Position numbers and translations under genes: made by a program
NCBI GenBank assembly: GCA_963755715.1
Contig: CAVWLW010000006.1
Location: 35,358 to 99,357 of the forward strand
From: an uncultured delta proteobacterium
GTDB taxonomy: Bacteria > Desulfobacterota > Binatia > UBA9968
Direction of reading: 5' to 3'
DNA length: 64,000 nucleotides
Shown here: positions 9,518-19,025 of the stretch, piece by piece
Layout of the letters: the number at the start of each line of letters is the position of its first letter
Position numbering within the stretch: position 1 is the stretch's first letter
The notes under the pieces: model-generated
Database searches by the model: none
Told to the model about the DNA's origin: nothing
What the model saw: the letters and a program-made list of their open reading frames with translations, nothing else

Positions 9518-11989
9518 TTAGAGCTCGCGATGCCGACCGATTTCGATCTCGTCGTTTACCGCTAATCGATCGAGAACTTCCGCCAAGGTTTCATACTTGG
9601 CCGGCTTGGTGAGATGGGCGTCAAAGCCGGCTTCCTTGGTGCGCTGACGATCCAACTGATGGCCCCAACCGGAAAGCGCGATCAAAAAAATCCGCTTCCC
9701 CCAGGGTTGTTCGCGGATTAGACGCGCGACGTCGTAGCCGTTGAGTTTCGGCATCGCAAGGTCAAGTACTGCCACGTCCGGTTGAAATTCAGCGGCGGCT
9801 TCGACGGCTTCGATGCCGTTTTGCGCGATCTGTACTTCGTTGCCGTCTTGTCGCAACAGCCGCGCGAGGATCTCAGCCGATTGGGGAAAATCATCGGCAA
9901 CGAGGATGCGGCGGCGGGGCCGGCTCACCGCGCCGTTGCCATGAGCCGGTTCGTAACGATCGGCAATCGAGTGTTCAGGAAGCGCGCGCAAATGGACGAT
10001 GAATTCGCTGCCGCGATTGACGCCGTCGCTGCGCACTTCGACATGGCCGTCGTGCATTTCGACCAATCGATGAACCAGCGTGAGACCGAGACCAAGCCCG
10101 CCTTCGGCGCGCGTGAACGAGCGGTCGACTTGATAAAACAATTCAAACAAATGGGGCAAATTTTCAGCGGCAACTCCAATGCCTGTGTCTTTAACGCGGA
10201 CGACGACCGTATCGCCCGCCTGTTCGACGTTTAACCAGATGTGTCCGTTGTTGGGCGTGTACTTCGCGGCGTTGTTCAATAAGTTCATGAAGACCTGGGT
10301 GAGCCTGACGCGGTCAGCTTCCACGTAGATGGACTGCTGCGACATCGCGATCGCAAGCTCGTGTTGCCGCTGGTCGATCAGCGGGCGGCTCGATTCCACC
10401 GCCGCCCGGATTACGTCACCCAGGTTCACCGGCTCTTTTTGCAAAATGAGCTTGTCGCGCGTAATTCGGCTCACGTCGAATAGATCATCCGTCAACCGGG
10501 TAAGATAATTGACTTGTCTCTCGATGATGTCCTGTCCCCAGTGCGGATCGGGTTCGGGTGAGCCCGGGGTATTTTGTAGCGTGCTGACATTACGGATCAG
10601 CGACAACGGATTGCGCAGCTCGTGGGCCAAGGTTGCCAGGAACTCGTCTTTGCGCCGATCGGCGTCGCGCAGCGCGGCATCGCTCTCGCGTAGCGTCATA
10701 TCCAGGCGCAATTTTTCGACGGCCAGCCACGTGCGTTCAGCGACGATATTGGCCAGGGTAATTTCTCGTTCGCTCCATTCGTGCGCCTCGCTGGTGGCGA
10801 CGACCAGTGCCGAAACCAGGCTGCCATCGCGCAGCAGCGGGCTTAAAACCAGGCTGCGGGCCCCGTGTTTTTGGTAGGCTTTGCTGTCTTGCGCCGTGCG
10901 CTCGTCGCTGTGGATATCGGCAATCGCGATGATCTGACCTGAGCTGGCCGCCGCCTCGATAACGCCTGAGCTGAACGCGGTCAGCGGGTAAGAGCCGACT
11001 AACGACGGCACATGAGGATGGTAGTCGCGCTGGACGGTAAGCTGGTCACGGTCCGTATCGATCTCCACAAAACCACACCGGCTCGCTTTCAAGTGTTCGC
11101 CGAGGGAAACGGCGACCGCCCACAACAATTCGTCGGCGTCGGCTGCGAAGCGAATCCCTTCGCCGAGATCGAGCAAAAACAGCGTGTCCGCTTCCGCTTG
11201 CTTACGCCGCGTCACGTCTCTGACCGCGACGTTTACCCCAAGCAACTCGCCGGCGTCGTTGTGCACCGGGTAATAACTGCACAGCCAGTGGCTCGGTTCT
11301 TTTCGACGAATGGGATGAGTGCCTTGAACCTCTTCGTCAACGACGGGCTGACCCGTTTCAATGACGCGGCGGTAATGAGCTTCGACGGCATCGGCGAGCT
11401 CCGGCATCGCCTCGCGGACGGTTTTGCCGATGAAATAGTCGGGCGACTTTCCGCTCAATTCCGCCAGCGCGTTGTTGATCGAGACGTAACGCAGGTCGCG
11501 ATCGACAAAACACAAACCGACCGGCGCCGAGGCGTAAATCGTATTTAATTGGGCCAGCCGTTCGTTGGCCACTCGTTCATTCACGCGCATCACTTCTTGA
11601 GCGTGGCGATGGCGCAAAACCAGGATCGTTACGATCCAAATCATAGCGATCGCCAAGATGTGGTTGAAAAGGTAAACCCAATGGGGCACGCCGACTAAGA
11701 GCGACGATAAAAAATAGTCGACGATCATCAGCAGGGTGCAGGTTGCCGCCGCCCAGATTTTTTCGCGGCTATCAGGCAAGCCGATGACGAGAAGCAGGCC
11801 GGCGGCGTAGTAGACCGGCAGCGCGAGATCGTCCGGAGTCGATACATCAATCGAAAAGATGGCGAACAGCAGCAAAAGTACCAACAACCACAACAGCGAT
11901 CGGGAGGTGGCCAAAGGGGCGCGTTCCGGCTTTACCGGAGTGCCAAAATCGGTGCTTGAAAATGAGGATTCCGTAATCTCTTTTGTCAT
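9518..11989 (-). CDS. Hybrid sensor histidine kinase (TM-PAS-GAF-HisKA-HATPase-REC)
   Basis: FLATLAHELRNPL, NLLNNAAKY, DTGIG, GLGLGL, and a C-terminal receiver (VADD...LDLAMP...KP). Confidence 0.93.
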   Translation of the reverse strand: MTKEITESSFSSTDFGTPVKPERAPLATSRSLLWLLVLLLLFAIFSIDVSTPDDLALPVYYAAGLLLVIGLPDSREKIWAAATCTLLMIVDYFLSSLLVGVPHWVYLFNHILAIAMIWIVTILVLRHRHAQEVMRVNERVANERLAQLNTIYASAPVGLCFVDRDLRYVSINNALAELSGKSPDYFIGKTVREAMPELADAVEAHYRRVIETGQPVVDEEVQGTHPIRRKEPSHWLCSYYPVHNDAGELLGVNVAVRDVTRRKQAEADTLFLLDLGEGIRFAADADELLWAVAVSLGEHLKASRCGFVEIDTDRDQLTVQRDYHPHVPSLVGSYPLTAFSSGVIEAAASSGQIIAIADIHSDERTAQDSKAYQKHGARSLVLSPLLRDGSLVSALVVATSEAHEWSEREITLANIVAERTWLAVEKLRLDMTLRESDAALRDADRRKDEFLATLAHELRNPLSLIRNVSTLQNTPGSPEPDPHWGQDIIERQVNYLTRLTDDLFDVSRITRDKLILQKEPVNLGDVIRAAVESSRPLIDQRQHELAIAMSQQSIYVEADRVRLTQVFMNLLNNAAKYTPNNGHIWLNVEQAGDTVVVRVKDTGIGVAAENLPHLFELFYQVDRSFTRAEGGLGLGLTLVHRLVEMHDGHVEVRSDGVNRGSEFIVHLRALPEHSIADRYEPAHGNGAVSRPRRRILVADDFPQSAEILARLLRQDGNEVQIAQNGIEAVEAAAEFQPDVAVLDLAMPKLNGYDVARLIREQPWGKRIFLIALSGWGHQLDRQRTKEAGFDAHLTKPAKYETLAEVLDRLAVNDEIEIGRHREL

Positions 11990-12238
11990 TTGTCTCCAAG
12001 CGGATGGTTGGTGCCAAGATCAAACGCAAGTGTATCAAACCCGCTCATGGCCGTACAGGGGAAAACGATCCACCTAGGATCTCGTCCGTCAAAACGATTC
12101 GCTGTAGGAGCAGAACCAGTCCATCTCGGTGCACCGACCGAGAAAACTTGGCGGTGAGGCTAGCCGAGGTCGTTACTCCTTGACAACCCATGCTGCGCCA
12201 TTGATAGATGGCAACAGAAATATCAAAAGGAGATCTGC

Positions 12239-13837
12239 ATGGCAGGCAATAGCGCGTATTACAAAGATTTTCGCGAACATTTAAATGCGCTTGAGAAGCG
12301 CGGCAAATTGGTTCGCATCAGCCGCGATATCAATAAGGACACTGAACTGATGCCGCTGGTGCGCTGGCAATTTCGCGGTTTGGACGAGCGCGAGCGCAAG
12401 GCGTTTATTTTTGAGAATGTCATCGATTCGAAAGGGCGCCGCTACAACATGCCGGTGACGGTGGGCACTTTGGCCGCGACCACAGAAATTTACGCCATCG
12501 GCTTGATGTGCGAGCCGGATCAGATCCATGAGCGCTGGACCCAAGCGCAGCTCCAGCCGATCGAACCTGTGGAAGTCGCAAGCGCGCCGGTACAGGAAGT
12601 AGTGTGGCAGGGACGGGATTTGCTGAACGGCCACGGCCTCGACATGATCCCCGTGCCGATTTCCACGCCGGGGTTCGACAACGCGCCCTATCTCACGTCC
12701 GCCAACTGGATCACCAAGGACATCGAAACCGGCATCTACAACATCGGCAACTATCGCAGCCAGATCAAAGCGCCCGATCGCGCCGGCGGTTTTTTCGTCT
12801 CCCAGCACATGGGCCAGCACTGGCGCAAATGCAAAGCCAAGGGCAAGCGGCTCGAGGCCTGCATCGCCATCGGCGTGGTGCCGAGTATCGCTTATTCGGC
12901 GACGGCAAAGATTCCCTACGACTTTGACGAATATCGTCTGGCCGGCGGTCTCGCCGGCGCGCCCATGGAGCTGGTTCAGGCGAAAACGGTTGATCTGCTC
13001 GTGCCGGCGACGGCGGAAATCATCATCGAAGGGACCATTCCCACCGACGTCATCGAACCCGAAGGGCCGTTCGGCGAATATCCCGGCTACATGGGCCACC
13101 GCTCGGTTTCGCCCTTTCTCGAAGTGAGCTGCATCACGCACCGGCGCGACGCCATTTATACGGCGCTGATGAGCCAGTTTCCGCCCAGCGAGTCGAGCAA
13201 GATCAAGCACACCGGCACGGAAAAAATTATTTACAAATTCCTGCGCCACGACAGCGGCAACGCCGCCGTGCTCGACGTCGCGCTGCACGATGAAGTGAGC
13301 GGCAGCGGGCAGGCCTACTGCGTGATAAAAATGCGCCACGGCAGCAAAGTCGACGCTTGGCGCGCGCTCAACGCTTCCGCGGGTTTCACCGGCGCCTACG
13401 GCAAGGTTTGCGTCGCGGTCGACGAAGACGTGGACATTCGCGATCCGGCGATGATCAACTGGGCGATCTGTTACAACATGAGACCCGACGAAGACGTAAT
13501 CATCGCCAAGGGCAAACCGCCGGGACTCGATCCTTCGACTTATCCGCCAGGCCGGGAAAGCGAAGACAAGCGGCCCACCTGGACCTCGTCGCTCCTGATC
13601 AACGCCGTGCGGCCGTGGCCGTACACTCCGGTATCGCTGCCGAAAAAAGAATTCATGGAGCGCTCCAGAAAAATCTGGGAGGAACTCGAGCTGCCGCCGC
13701 TGAAACCGCGCATGCCATGGTACGGCTACAGTCTCGGCGTGTGGACCGACGAAGATGAAAACGAGGCCGGCATCGCGGCCAAGAGCGACTATTTCGAAAC
13801 CGGCAAAAAGCAGACCGGACTGAGGAAGAAGACCTAG
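12239..13837 (+). CDS. UbiD family (prFMN-dependent) decarboxylase
   Basis: NIGNYR, EGPFGEYPGY, VDEDVD motifs; RBS AGGAG. Confidence 0.9.
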   Translation: MAGNSAYYKDFREHLNALEKRGKLVRISRDINKDTELMPLVRWQFRGLDERERKAFIFENVIDSKGRRYNMPVTVGTLAATTEIYAIGLMCEPDQIHERWTQAQLQPIEPVEVASAPVQEVVWQGRDLLNGHGLDMIPVPISTPGFDNAPYLTSANWITKDIETGIYNIGNYRSQIKAPDRAGGFFVSQHMGQHWRKCKAKGKRLEACIAIGVVPSIAYSATAKIPYDFDEYRLAGGLAGAPMELVQAKTVDLLVPATAEIIIEGTIPTDVIEPEGPFGEYPGYMGHRSVSPFLEVSCITHRRDAIYTALMSQFPPSESSKIKHTGTEKIIYKFLRHDSGNAAVLDVALHDEVSGSGQAYCVIKMRHGSKVDAWRALNASAGFTGAYGKVCVAVDEDVDIRDPAMINWAICYNMRPDEDVIIAKGKPPGLDPSTYPPGRESEDKRPTWTSSLLINAVRPWPYTPVSLPKKEFMERSRKIWEELELPPLKPRMPWYGYSLGVWTDEDENEAGIAAKSDYFETGKKQTGLRKKT

Positions 13838-13876
13838 CTGATCTAAGCCGTCAACGAGATCTCATCATTGTGATTT

Positions 13877-14359
13877 TTAGAAAAGCGCCGGAATCCAGCG
13901 TTTGACGGACGCCAAGTATTGTTCATACGGTTGGCCCAAACGCTGAACCAATTTCCGCTCGTCGCGGCAAACGCGGAGGTGAAACCAAACCGCCACGGCG
14001 ATCGTGATAAGCGCGGCGAGCCAGGATCGCAACGTTAGCGTCAGACCGCTCAAAAATATGATATGGCCGAGATACATGGGATTGCGGCTGTAGGCGTACG
14101 GCCCGGTGTTGACGAGGCGATCGGGCGGTGTTTCCAGCCCAGGTCCGCCGCCGCCATGTTTAATCCGGTAGCGGCCGCAGAGACGATACTGCAAATAACC
14201 CCAGACGAGCAGCGGAGAAAACCAAAGGTTGGGCGCGAAATTTCCGCCGTGGAGAAGTAACTCCCATAACAGCGCCAAGAGCGGATAAACGATGAAAGTT
14301 CTAATCGGCGTGCGGCTTAAAAAACGCATGATTTTTGATCTCGTGAAACTTGTTGCCAA
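13877..14359 (-). CDS. Isoprenylcysteine carboxyl methyltransferase/PEMT family membrane methyltransferase
   Basis: LVNTGPYAYSRNPMYLG and DE..L....G..Y..Y...V.RWIP motifs. Start may be ATG 14329. Confidence 0.85.
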   Translation of the reverse strand: MATSFTRSKIMRFLSRTPIRTFIVYPLLALLWELLLHGGNFAPNLWFSPLLVWGYLQYRLCGRYRIKHGGGGPGLETPPDRLVNTGPYAYSRNPMYLGHIIFLSGLTLTLRSWLAALITIAVAVWFHLRVCRDERKLVQRLGQPYEQYLASVKRWIPALF

Positions 14360-14432
14360 TGTTCATACGGTGCCCACCGTCATCCCTCCACTTGACTAAT
14401 ACATCTTCAGATTAGCGCAGCCCAGGTTAAAA

Positions 14433-15185
14433 ATGGCATTCGACCTCACCTATCTAGTCGTCGGCATCGCTCTGCTCCTCGCCGCGTTCGTCAAGGGCGT
14501 CACCGGGCTCGGGTTTCCGCTGATCGCGACGCCCACGGTCGCGCTGCTTTTGGATATCCGCACCGCGGTGACCGTATTGATCTTGCCCAACCTGTTCATG
14601 GATTCGGCGCAGGTGATCCGCGACGGTTTGCCTTACGAGATCTTCCGGCGCTTTAAAGCGTTTATCGCGCCGACCATCGTCGGCGTTTTCCTGGGAACTC
14701 TGGTGCTGGTCAAGACACCGTTGTGGATCCTCAATCTTTTTCTCGGCGTGATGGTGCTGATCTTCGTGATTTCGAACCTGCTCAAACTCGATTTCACCGT
14801 GTCGCCGCAACAGGAGAAATTTCTTTCGCCGCTATTTGGCTTTCTCAGCGGTTTTCTAAACGGCGTGACCAATGCCGCCGGGCCGGCGTTGGCGATCTAT
14901 TTTTACAGCCTCAAGTTGGAAAAGCGTGCCTTCGTGAAATCGATGGCGACGATCTTTGTCACCACTAAACTCACGCAGTTGGTGGCGATCTCGACATGGA
15001 ATTTGTTCAACTGGTATACCTTGAAACTATCCGTGCTCGTAATCTTGTTTACCCTTGTCGGTTTTTATGCCGGCATCAAAGCGCAAGACCGGATCGATCA
15101 AAAAAACTTTAATCGCGGCTTGCTGGCGCTGTTGGCTTTCGTCGGCGTGATTTTGATCATCCGTGCCGTTACGCAAGATGCCTGA
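14433..15185 (+). CDS. Sulfite exporter TauE/SafE family membrane protein
   Basis: About 8 TM helices; VKGVTGLGFP and GFLNGVTNAAGP repeats. Confidence 0.85.
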   Translation: MAFDLTYLVVGIALLLAAFVKGVTGLGFPLIATPTVALLLDIRTAVTVLILPNLFMDSAQVIRDGLPYEIFRRFKAFIAPTIVGVFLGTLVLVKTPLWILNLFLGVMVLIFVISNLLKLDFTVSPQQEKFLSPLFGFLSGFLNGVTNAAGPALAIYFYSLKLEKRAFVKSMATIFVTTKLTQLVAISTWNLFNWYTLKLSVLVILFTLVGFYAGIKAQDRIDQKNFNRGLLALLAFVGVILIIRAVTQDA

Positions 15186-15188
15186 TGA

Positions 15189-16298
15189 CTAAACGTTTGG
15201 CCAGACATTATGGGCGGTGTTTACCACTAGCTCGAGTTTTCGCCTTTGCTCATGCGGAGCAATGCGGTTGCCAATGATAGACGAAGCAAAACCGCATTGA
15301 GGACTCAGACCCAGTCGGTCTTTGGAAATATACCGACTCGCTTCGACAATTCGTCGTGACAATAATTCGTCGGCTTCGAGATCCGCTTTCTTCGTCGTCA
15401 CCAGTCCTAAGACGACGAATTTGTCATCCGGGACATCCTGCAAGGGTTCGAAGGAACCGGATCGAGCGTCGTCATACTCCAGTAGCAATCGCTGGGCATT
15501 AACGCGACGAAACAAACCGCGGCTGATCGCTTCGTAGCCACCTTTGGACAGCCACCGACTGCCCTGGTTACCACGTCAAACGTGAAACCCGAACGTAACA
15601 TCGTGAAAGCCCGTCATCACAGCATTATCCAGCTCGATACCAAAGGAAAGCCACTTGTCGAAGCTCCAGCCGAGCCCTTCGTAGAAACTGCGAGTACTGG
15701 GATCGAGTAATAAGCCGTAATGCGGGGCGTCGATCTGAATATAGGTCGCGCCGAGGCGGACAAGCTCGGTAACTTCCTCGCGCAGAATCGCGACAATGTC
15801 ATTCAGGAAATCATCGAGCGTCGGATAGGCATCTCGGGAATACTTCGGCGACCAGAAGTTCGCCCACAAGCCGGGACTCGGAAGCGTTATCTTGGGAATT
15901 CGATTCGTTTTGTTCTGCAGGTAAGAAAATTCATCCGCCGAGAGAGAACGAAGACGCTTGAGCTTCGCGATCGCGCCGAGGCGACGGGGTCGGCGTTTCT
16001 TCTGCACGCCCTGCTCGTCATACCACTCTCCCCAAAGAAAAGCGTCGAGGTCAAACTCGCCAAGCCCAGCGACCGCCGCGGTCATTTGGCTCTGAAATGA
16101 CTGGCGACGCATCTCGCCATCGGTGACGATCTCCAGACCGACGCTCTCTTGCAGCGAGACAGCTTCATCGACGGCGCCGTCTTCTATTTCTTTGAATTGT
16201 GTCGCAGTGATCGTTCCGATCGCAAGGTCTTTCTGCGCTGCGAGTAGGCTTGCCGGTCGAAGCAAGCTACCGATCACATCGGCATGAGCGGTGATCAC
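15189..16298 (-). CDS. Cobalamin-independent methionine synthase II (Meth_synt_2/MetE C-terminal) family protein, predicted selenocysteine at codon 241 (369 aa)
   Basis: ORFs 15576-16298 and 15189-15515 are in the same frame. Readthrough gives FHV-[TGA]-RGNQGSRW (family motif HxCRGN). Also present: ADVIGSLLRP, TDGEMRR, YIQIDAP, LLLEYD, LGLVTTK, LSPQCGFAS. SECIS-like hairpin follows the TGA. Confidence 0.88.
15546..15564 (-). promoter_or_regulatory. Putative bacterial SECIS element
   Basis: Begins 11 nt after the in-frame UGA (15578-15576): GGGCAGUC-GGU-GGCUGUCC, an 8-bp stem (2 G-U pairs) with a G-containing apical loop. Confidence 0.78.
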
Positions 16299-16366
16299 GA
16301 TTTTACGCAGGCCAACAAGAAGCTCCGGGTCAATCGGCGCGCGTGCAACCCGAAGTGAGTAAATTG

Positions 16367-17089
16367 TTACAGTGCCGGCGCGTACAAGTTATCCGGCAAA
16401 CTGCGGATGTAGTCGATGGTTTCTTTGAGCGAGATCACGTCGGCGTATTTCATCGCCATGTCGAACAAGTTGATCTTGTGCGACGCTTGGCCGCGGTCGA
16501 AAACGCATTCTTCGACCACGGAAACTTTCATATTATACGAAAATGCGTCGATGACACTGGCGCGCACGCAGCCGCTGGTGGTGGTGCCGGTGACGATCAG
16601 GCTGTCGGCATGGACTTCGTTCAGCATGCTCATGAGCGGCGTGCCGAAAAAAGCGCTGGGCTTTTGTTTGTGTACGACAATATCACCCGCCTGGGGCGCG
16701 ATCTCTTGGACAATTTGATTGGCTTTCTCCCATTGCGCGGTCATGTCTTCCGTGGTTCGGTTGCTCTTGGCCGCCCAACCGCCAACCAACACCGTGCTGT
16801 TGGCGCGATTCTCCTCGGCGGTGGTATAAAACGTCGGCAAATGTTTTTTACGCGCTTCGGTGAGCAACTCGCGGATGTGATAAACCCCGTCCCATCCTTC
16901 CTCGCCGCAACTCGTGCGGAAACGTTTGACCGACTCGAGAATCGGCTCGGGCCTGTCGCCGGTAAAATTGTAATTGACATCGATGATCAGCAGCGCCGGG
17001 CGCTGACCGAAACCGGCTTTCTTGCCAAACCCTGAGAGCGCAAAGACCTCTTTATCGCGTGAAGTGAGAATATCGTCCCAGCTCGACAT
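16367..17089 (-). CDS. Isochorismatase/cysteine hydrolase family amidase (N-carbamoylsarcosine amidase/NicF-like)
   Basis: PALLIIDV, K..PSAFFGT, GTTTSGCVRAS (Asp-Lys-Cys triad). Confidence 0.9.
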   Translation of the reverse strand: MSSWDDILTSRDKEVFALSGFGKKAGFGQRPALLIIDVNYNFTGDRPEPILESVKRFRTSCGEEGWDGVYHIRELLTEARKKHLPTFYTTAEENRANSTVLVGGWAAKSNRTTEDMTAQWEKANQIVQEIAPQAGDIVVHKQKPSAFFGTPLMSMLNEVHADSLIVTGTTTSGCVRASVIDAFSYNMKVSVVEECVFDRGQASHKINLFDMAMKYADVISLKETIDYIRSLPDNLYAPAL

Positions 17090-17210
17090 ACGCTGCTCCT
17101 TTGTTTGGTTTGTACTTCCGGATGTTCATAACAAACCGCCGACGATGTCAAGACGATGGTTGCGCTTACTGCATTGACGCTGGTTCGGTCAATACTCTAT
17201 AAACGACAAC

Positions 17211-17768
17211 ATGCGTACAAAAATTTTTCGCGCGAAGGTTTTTTTCGGTGCCGTTCTGATGATCGCAAACGGGTGCGGCTCATCCGTTGCGGTCTGGACG
17301 GATGGCGAAGTACCGTTTGTCCGCTCAACGCCGGAGGTCATCGATCGCATGCTCGACCTGGCGCGGGTGAAACCGAGCGATCTTCTTTATGATATTGGCA
17401 GCGGCGACGGCGCGATCGTTATCCGGGCCGCGAAGAAGTACGGCGTAAAGGGCGTCGGTATCGAAATCGATCAGGGCCTGGTAGCGAAAGCACGCGACAA
17501 TGCGTTTCGGGAAAATGTCCAGGATCTTGTGGAATTTCGCGCCCAGGATGCATTCACGGTCGATGTGTCGGCGGCGACGGTGGTGACGCTGTATATGCTA
17601 CCGGATTTCAATGCCAAGCTCCGGCCGATGCTCGATCGCCAGCTAAAACCCGGCACCCGAGTGGTCTCCCACGATTTCGACATTCCCGGCTGGGTACCCG
17701 ATAAGGTGGAAACGGTAAAGGGCGACTTTATCCACGATCATAAAGTATTGCTGTTCGAGATCCGCTAA
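17211..17768 (+). CDS. Class I SAM-dependent methyltransferase with N-terminal signal/lipoprotein-like leader
   Basis: VPFV, YDIGSGDG, GIEID, VVTLYML, VVSHDF. Confidence 0.87.
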   Translation: MRTKIFRAKVFFGAVLMIANGCGSSVAVWTDGEVPFVRSTPEVIDRMLDLARVKPSDLLYDIGSGDGAIVIRAAKKYGVKGVGIEIDQGLVAKARDNAFRENVQDLVEFRAQDAFTVDVSAATVVTLYMLPDFNAKLRPMLDRQLKPGTRVVSHDFDIPGWVPDKVETVKGDFIHDHKVLLFEIR

Positions 17769-17781
17769 AAAGCGGGTGCAA

Positions 17782-18919
17782 TCAAAATCCCGCTAACTTA
17801 TAAAAGCGCGCCGGATTGGTTTCCAAAATTTTTGTTTTGGCGGCCTCGCTGATATCTTTTCTTTCGCGCAATGTCTTTTCCGCGAAACGCTCCCGGTCGC
17901 CGTGCGGCATATCGGAGCCGAACAAAATTTGTCCGTCGCCCACCAACTCGATAACTTGCGGCAAGAGTACGTCTTCGATTTCCGCGCTGAAATAAAGATT
18001 GCCCTTTTTGATGTATTCCATCGGCTCGATTTTCTGGATCGGCGCGGTGCGCGAGACGACATTGACGAGATTTTTCCCCGAGTGCTGAAAGCGGTGATGC
18101 AGTCTTTCGAGGATGAAATGCACCCATAAACAGCCGGCTTCGAGATAGACCACGCGCAGGCTCGGGAAGCGATCGAATATGCCGCCGCTCATCATCGACA
18201 CCAAACCCATGAGCACCGGCATGGAAAACGCGATGACGCCGGAAGGGTAAATGTGTGTGTACAAATTATTAATCGACGGGCAAGCCCAGCCGACGTGAAC
18301 CGCGAGGGGTAAGTCCGCTTCCGTCACCGCTTCGTAAAGCGGTAGCAGGCTCGGATCGTCGAGCAAACGATCTCCGGCGGTGCCTAAAATCATCATGCCC
18401 ACCGCGCCCAATTTCTTCGCTTCTTTCACTTGACGCACGGCCGCCGGGACGTCGATCGAGATTGACCACGCCCACCCACTTGAGCCGCTCCTGACCCGAT
18501 AGAACATCGCCGAGCCAACGATTGTAAGCGTCGCACATGGCGGTCACGTAGTCCGGATTGCAGCTCAGCGGATAGGCGAGAAAGAGCGTCGGATACAGAA
18601 CCTGGAGCCAGATGTTTTCTTCGTCCATGATCTGCAATCGCTCTTTTAGGTTCGTGAGCTCCATGCTGCCGAGAGTGTCGGGCTTGCGCTGCGCGTGGCG
18701 CACCGGTTTACCTTGATAGCTGGTCGGTGTGCCGAGATTGTTGCAGCCGCGGCCGACGCGGCGCGGGAAAAGCTGCTCGTCGATCATCCAATAGGCAAGA
18801 CCGTCTTCCGTGCCGGGGACCACTTGGGGGCGTTGTGCGCGGAAGGCAGGAGCAAAATATTGATCACTGAAGGTTATTGGATTTTCTTCGACATGACCGT
18901 CGGCATCGATAACGCGCAC
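17782..18919 (-). CDS. Amidohydrolase_2 family protein, frameshifted near 18456
   Basis: DADGH at the N-terminus (ORF 18269-18919); LEAG and GSDMPH in ORF 17782-18507. One extra C after VNLD. Confidence 0.85.
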
Positions 18920-19025
18920 TTTGGCATCCTCCGTTCAAATGAGCTGGTTCGATTGTTACAAGCTTCGTAACGGCGATTCAACCGGGAGGTTGGCGCAAAA
19001 AGATTTGGCAGAGGTCGGAGTCCCT

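Noticed and set aside
12281-13339. Long antisense ORFs (e.g. 12281-13339, 46632-47411, 53090-53833, 59879-60709)
   Set aside because: These are shadow ORFs of well-supported genes in GC-rich DNA and have no protein motifs.
15189-16298. MetE-like gene as a pseudogene or two separate genes
   Set aside because: The pieces are in frame, the stop is TGA at the conserved Cys, a SECIS-like hairpin follows, and there is no other decay.
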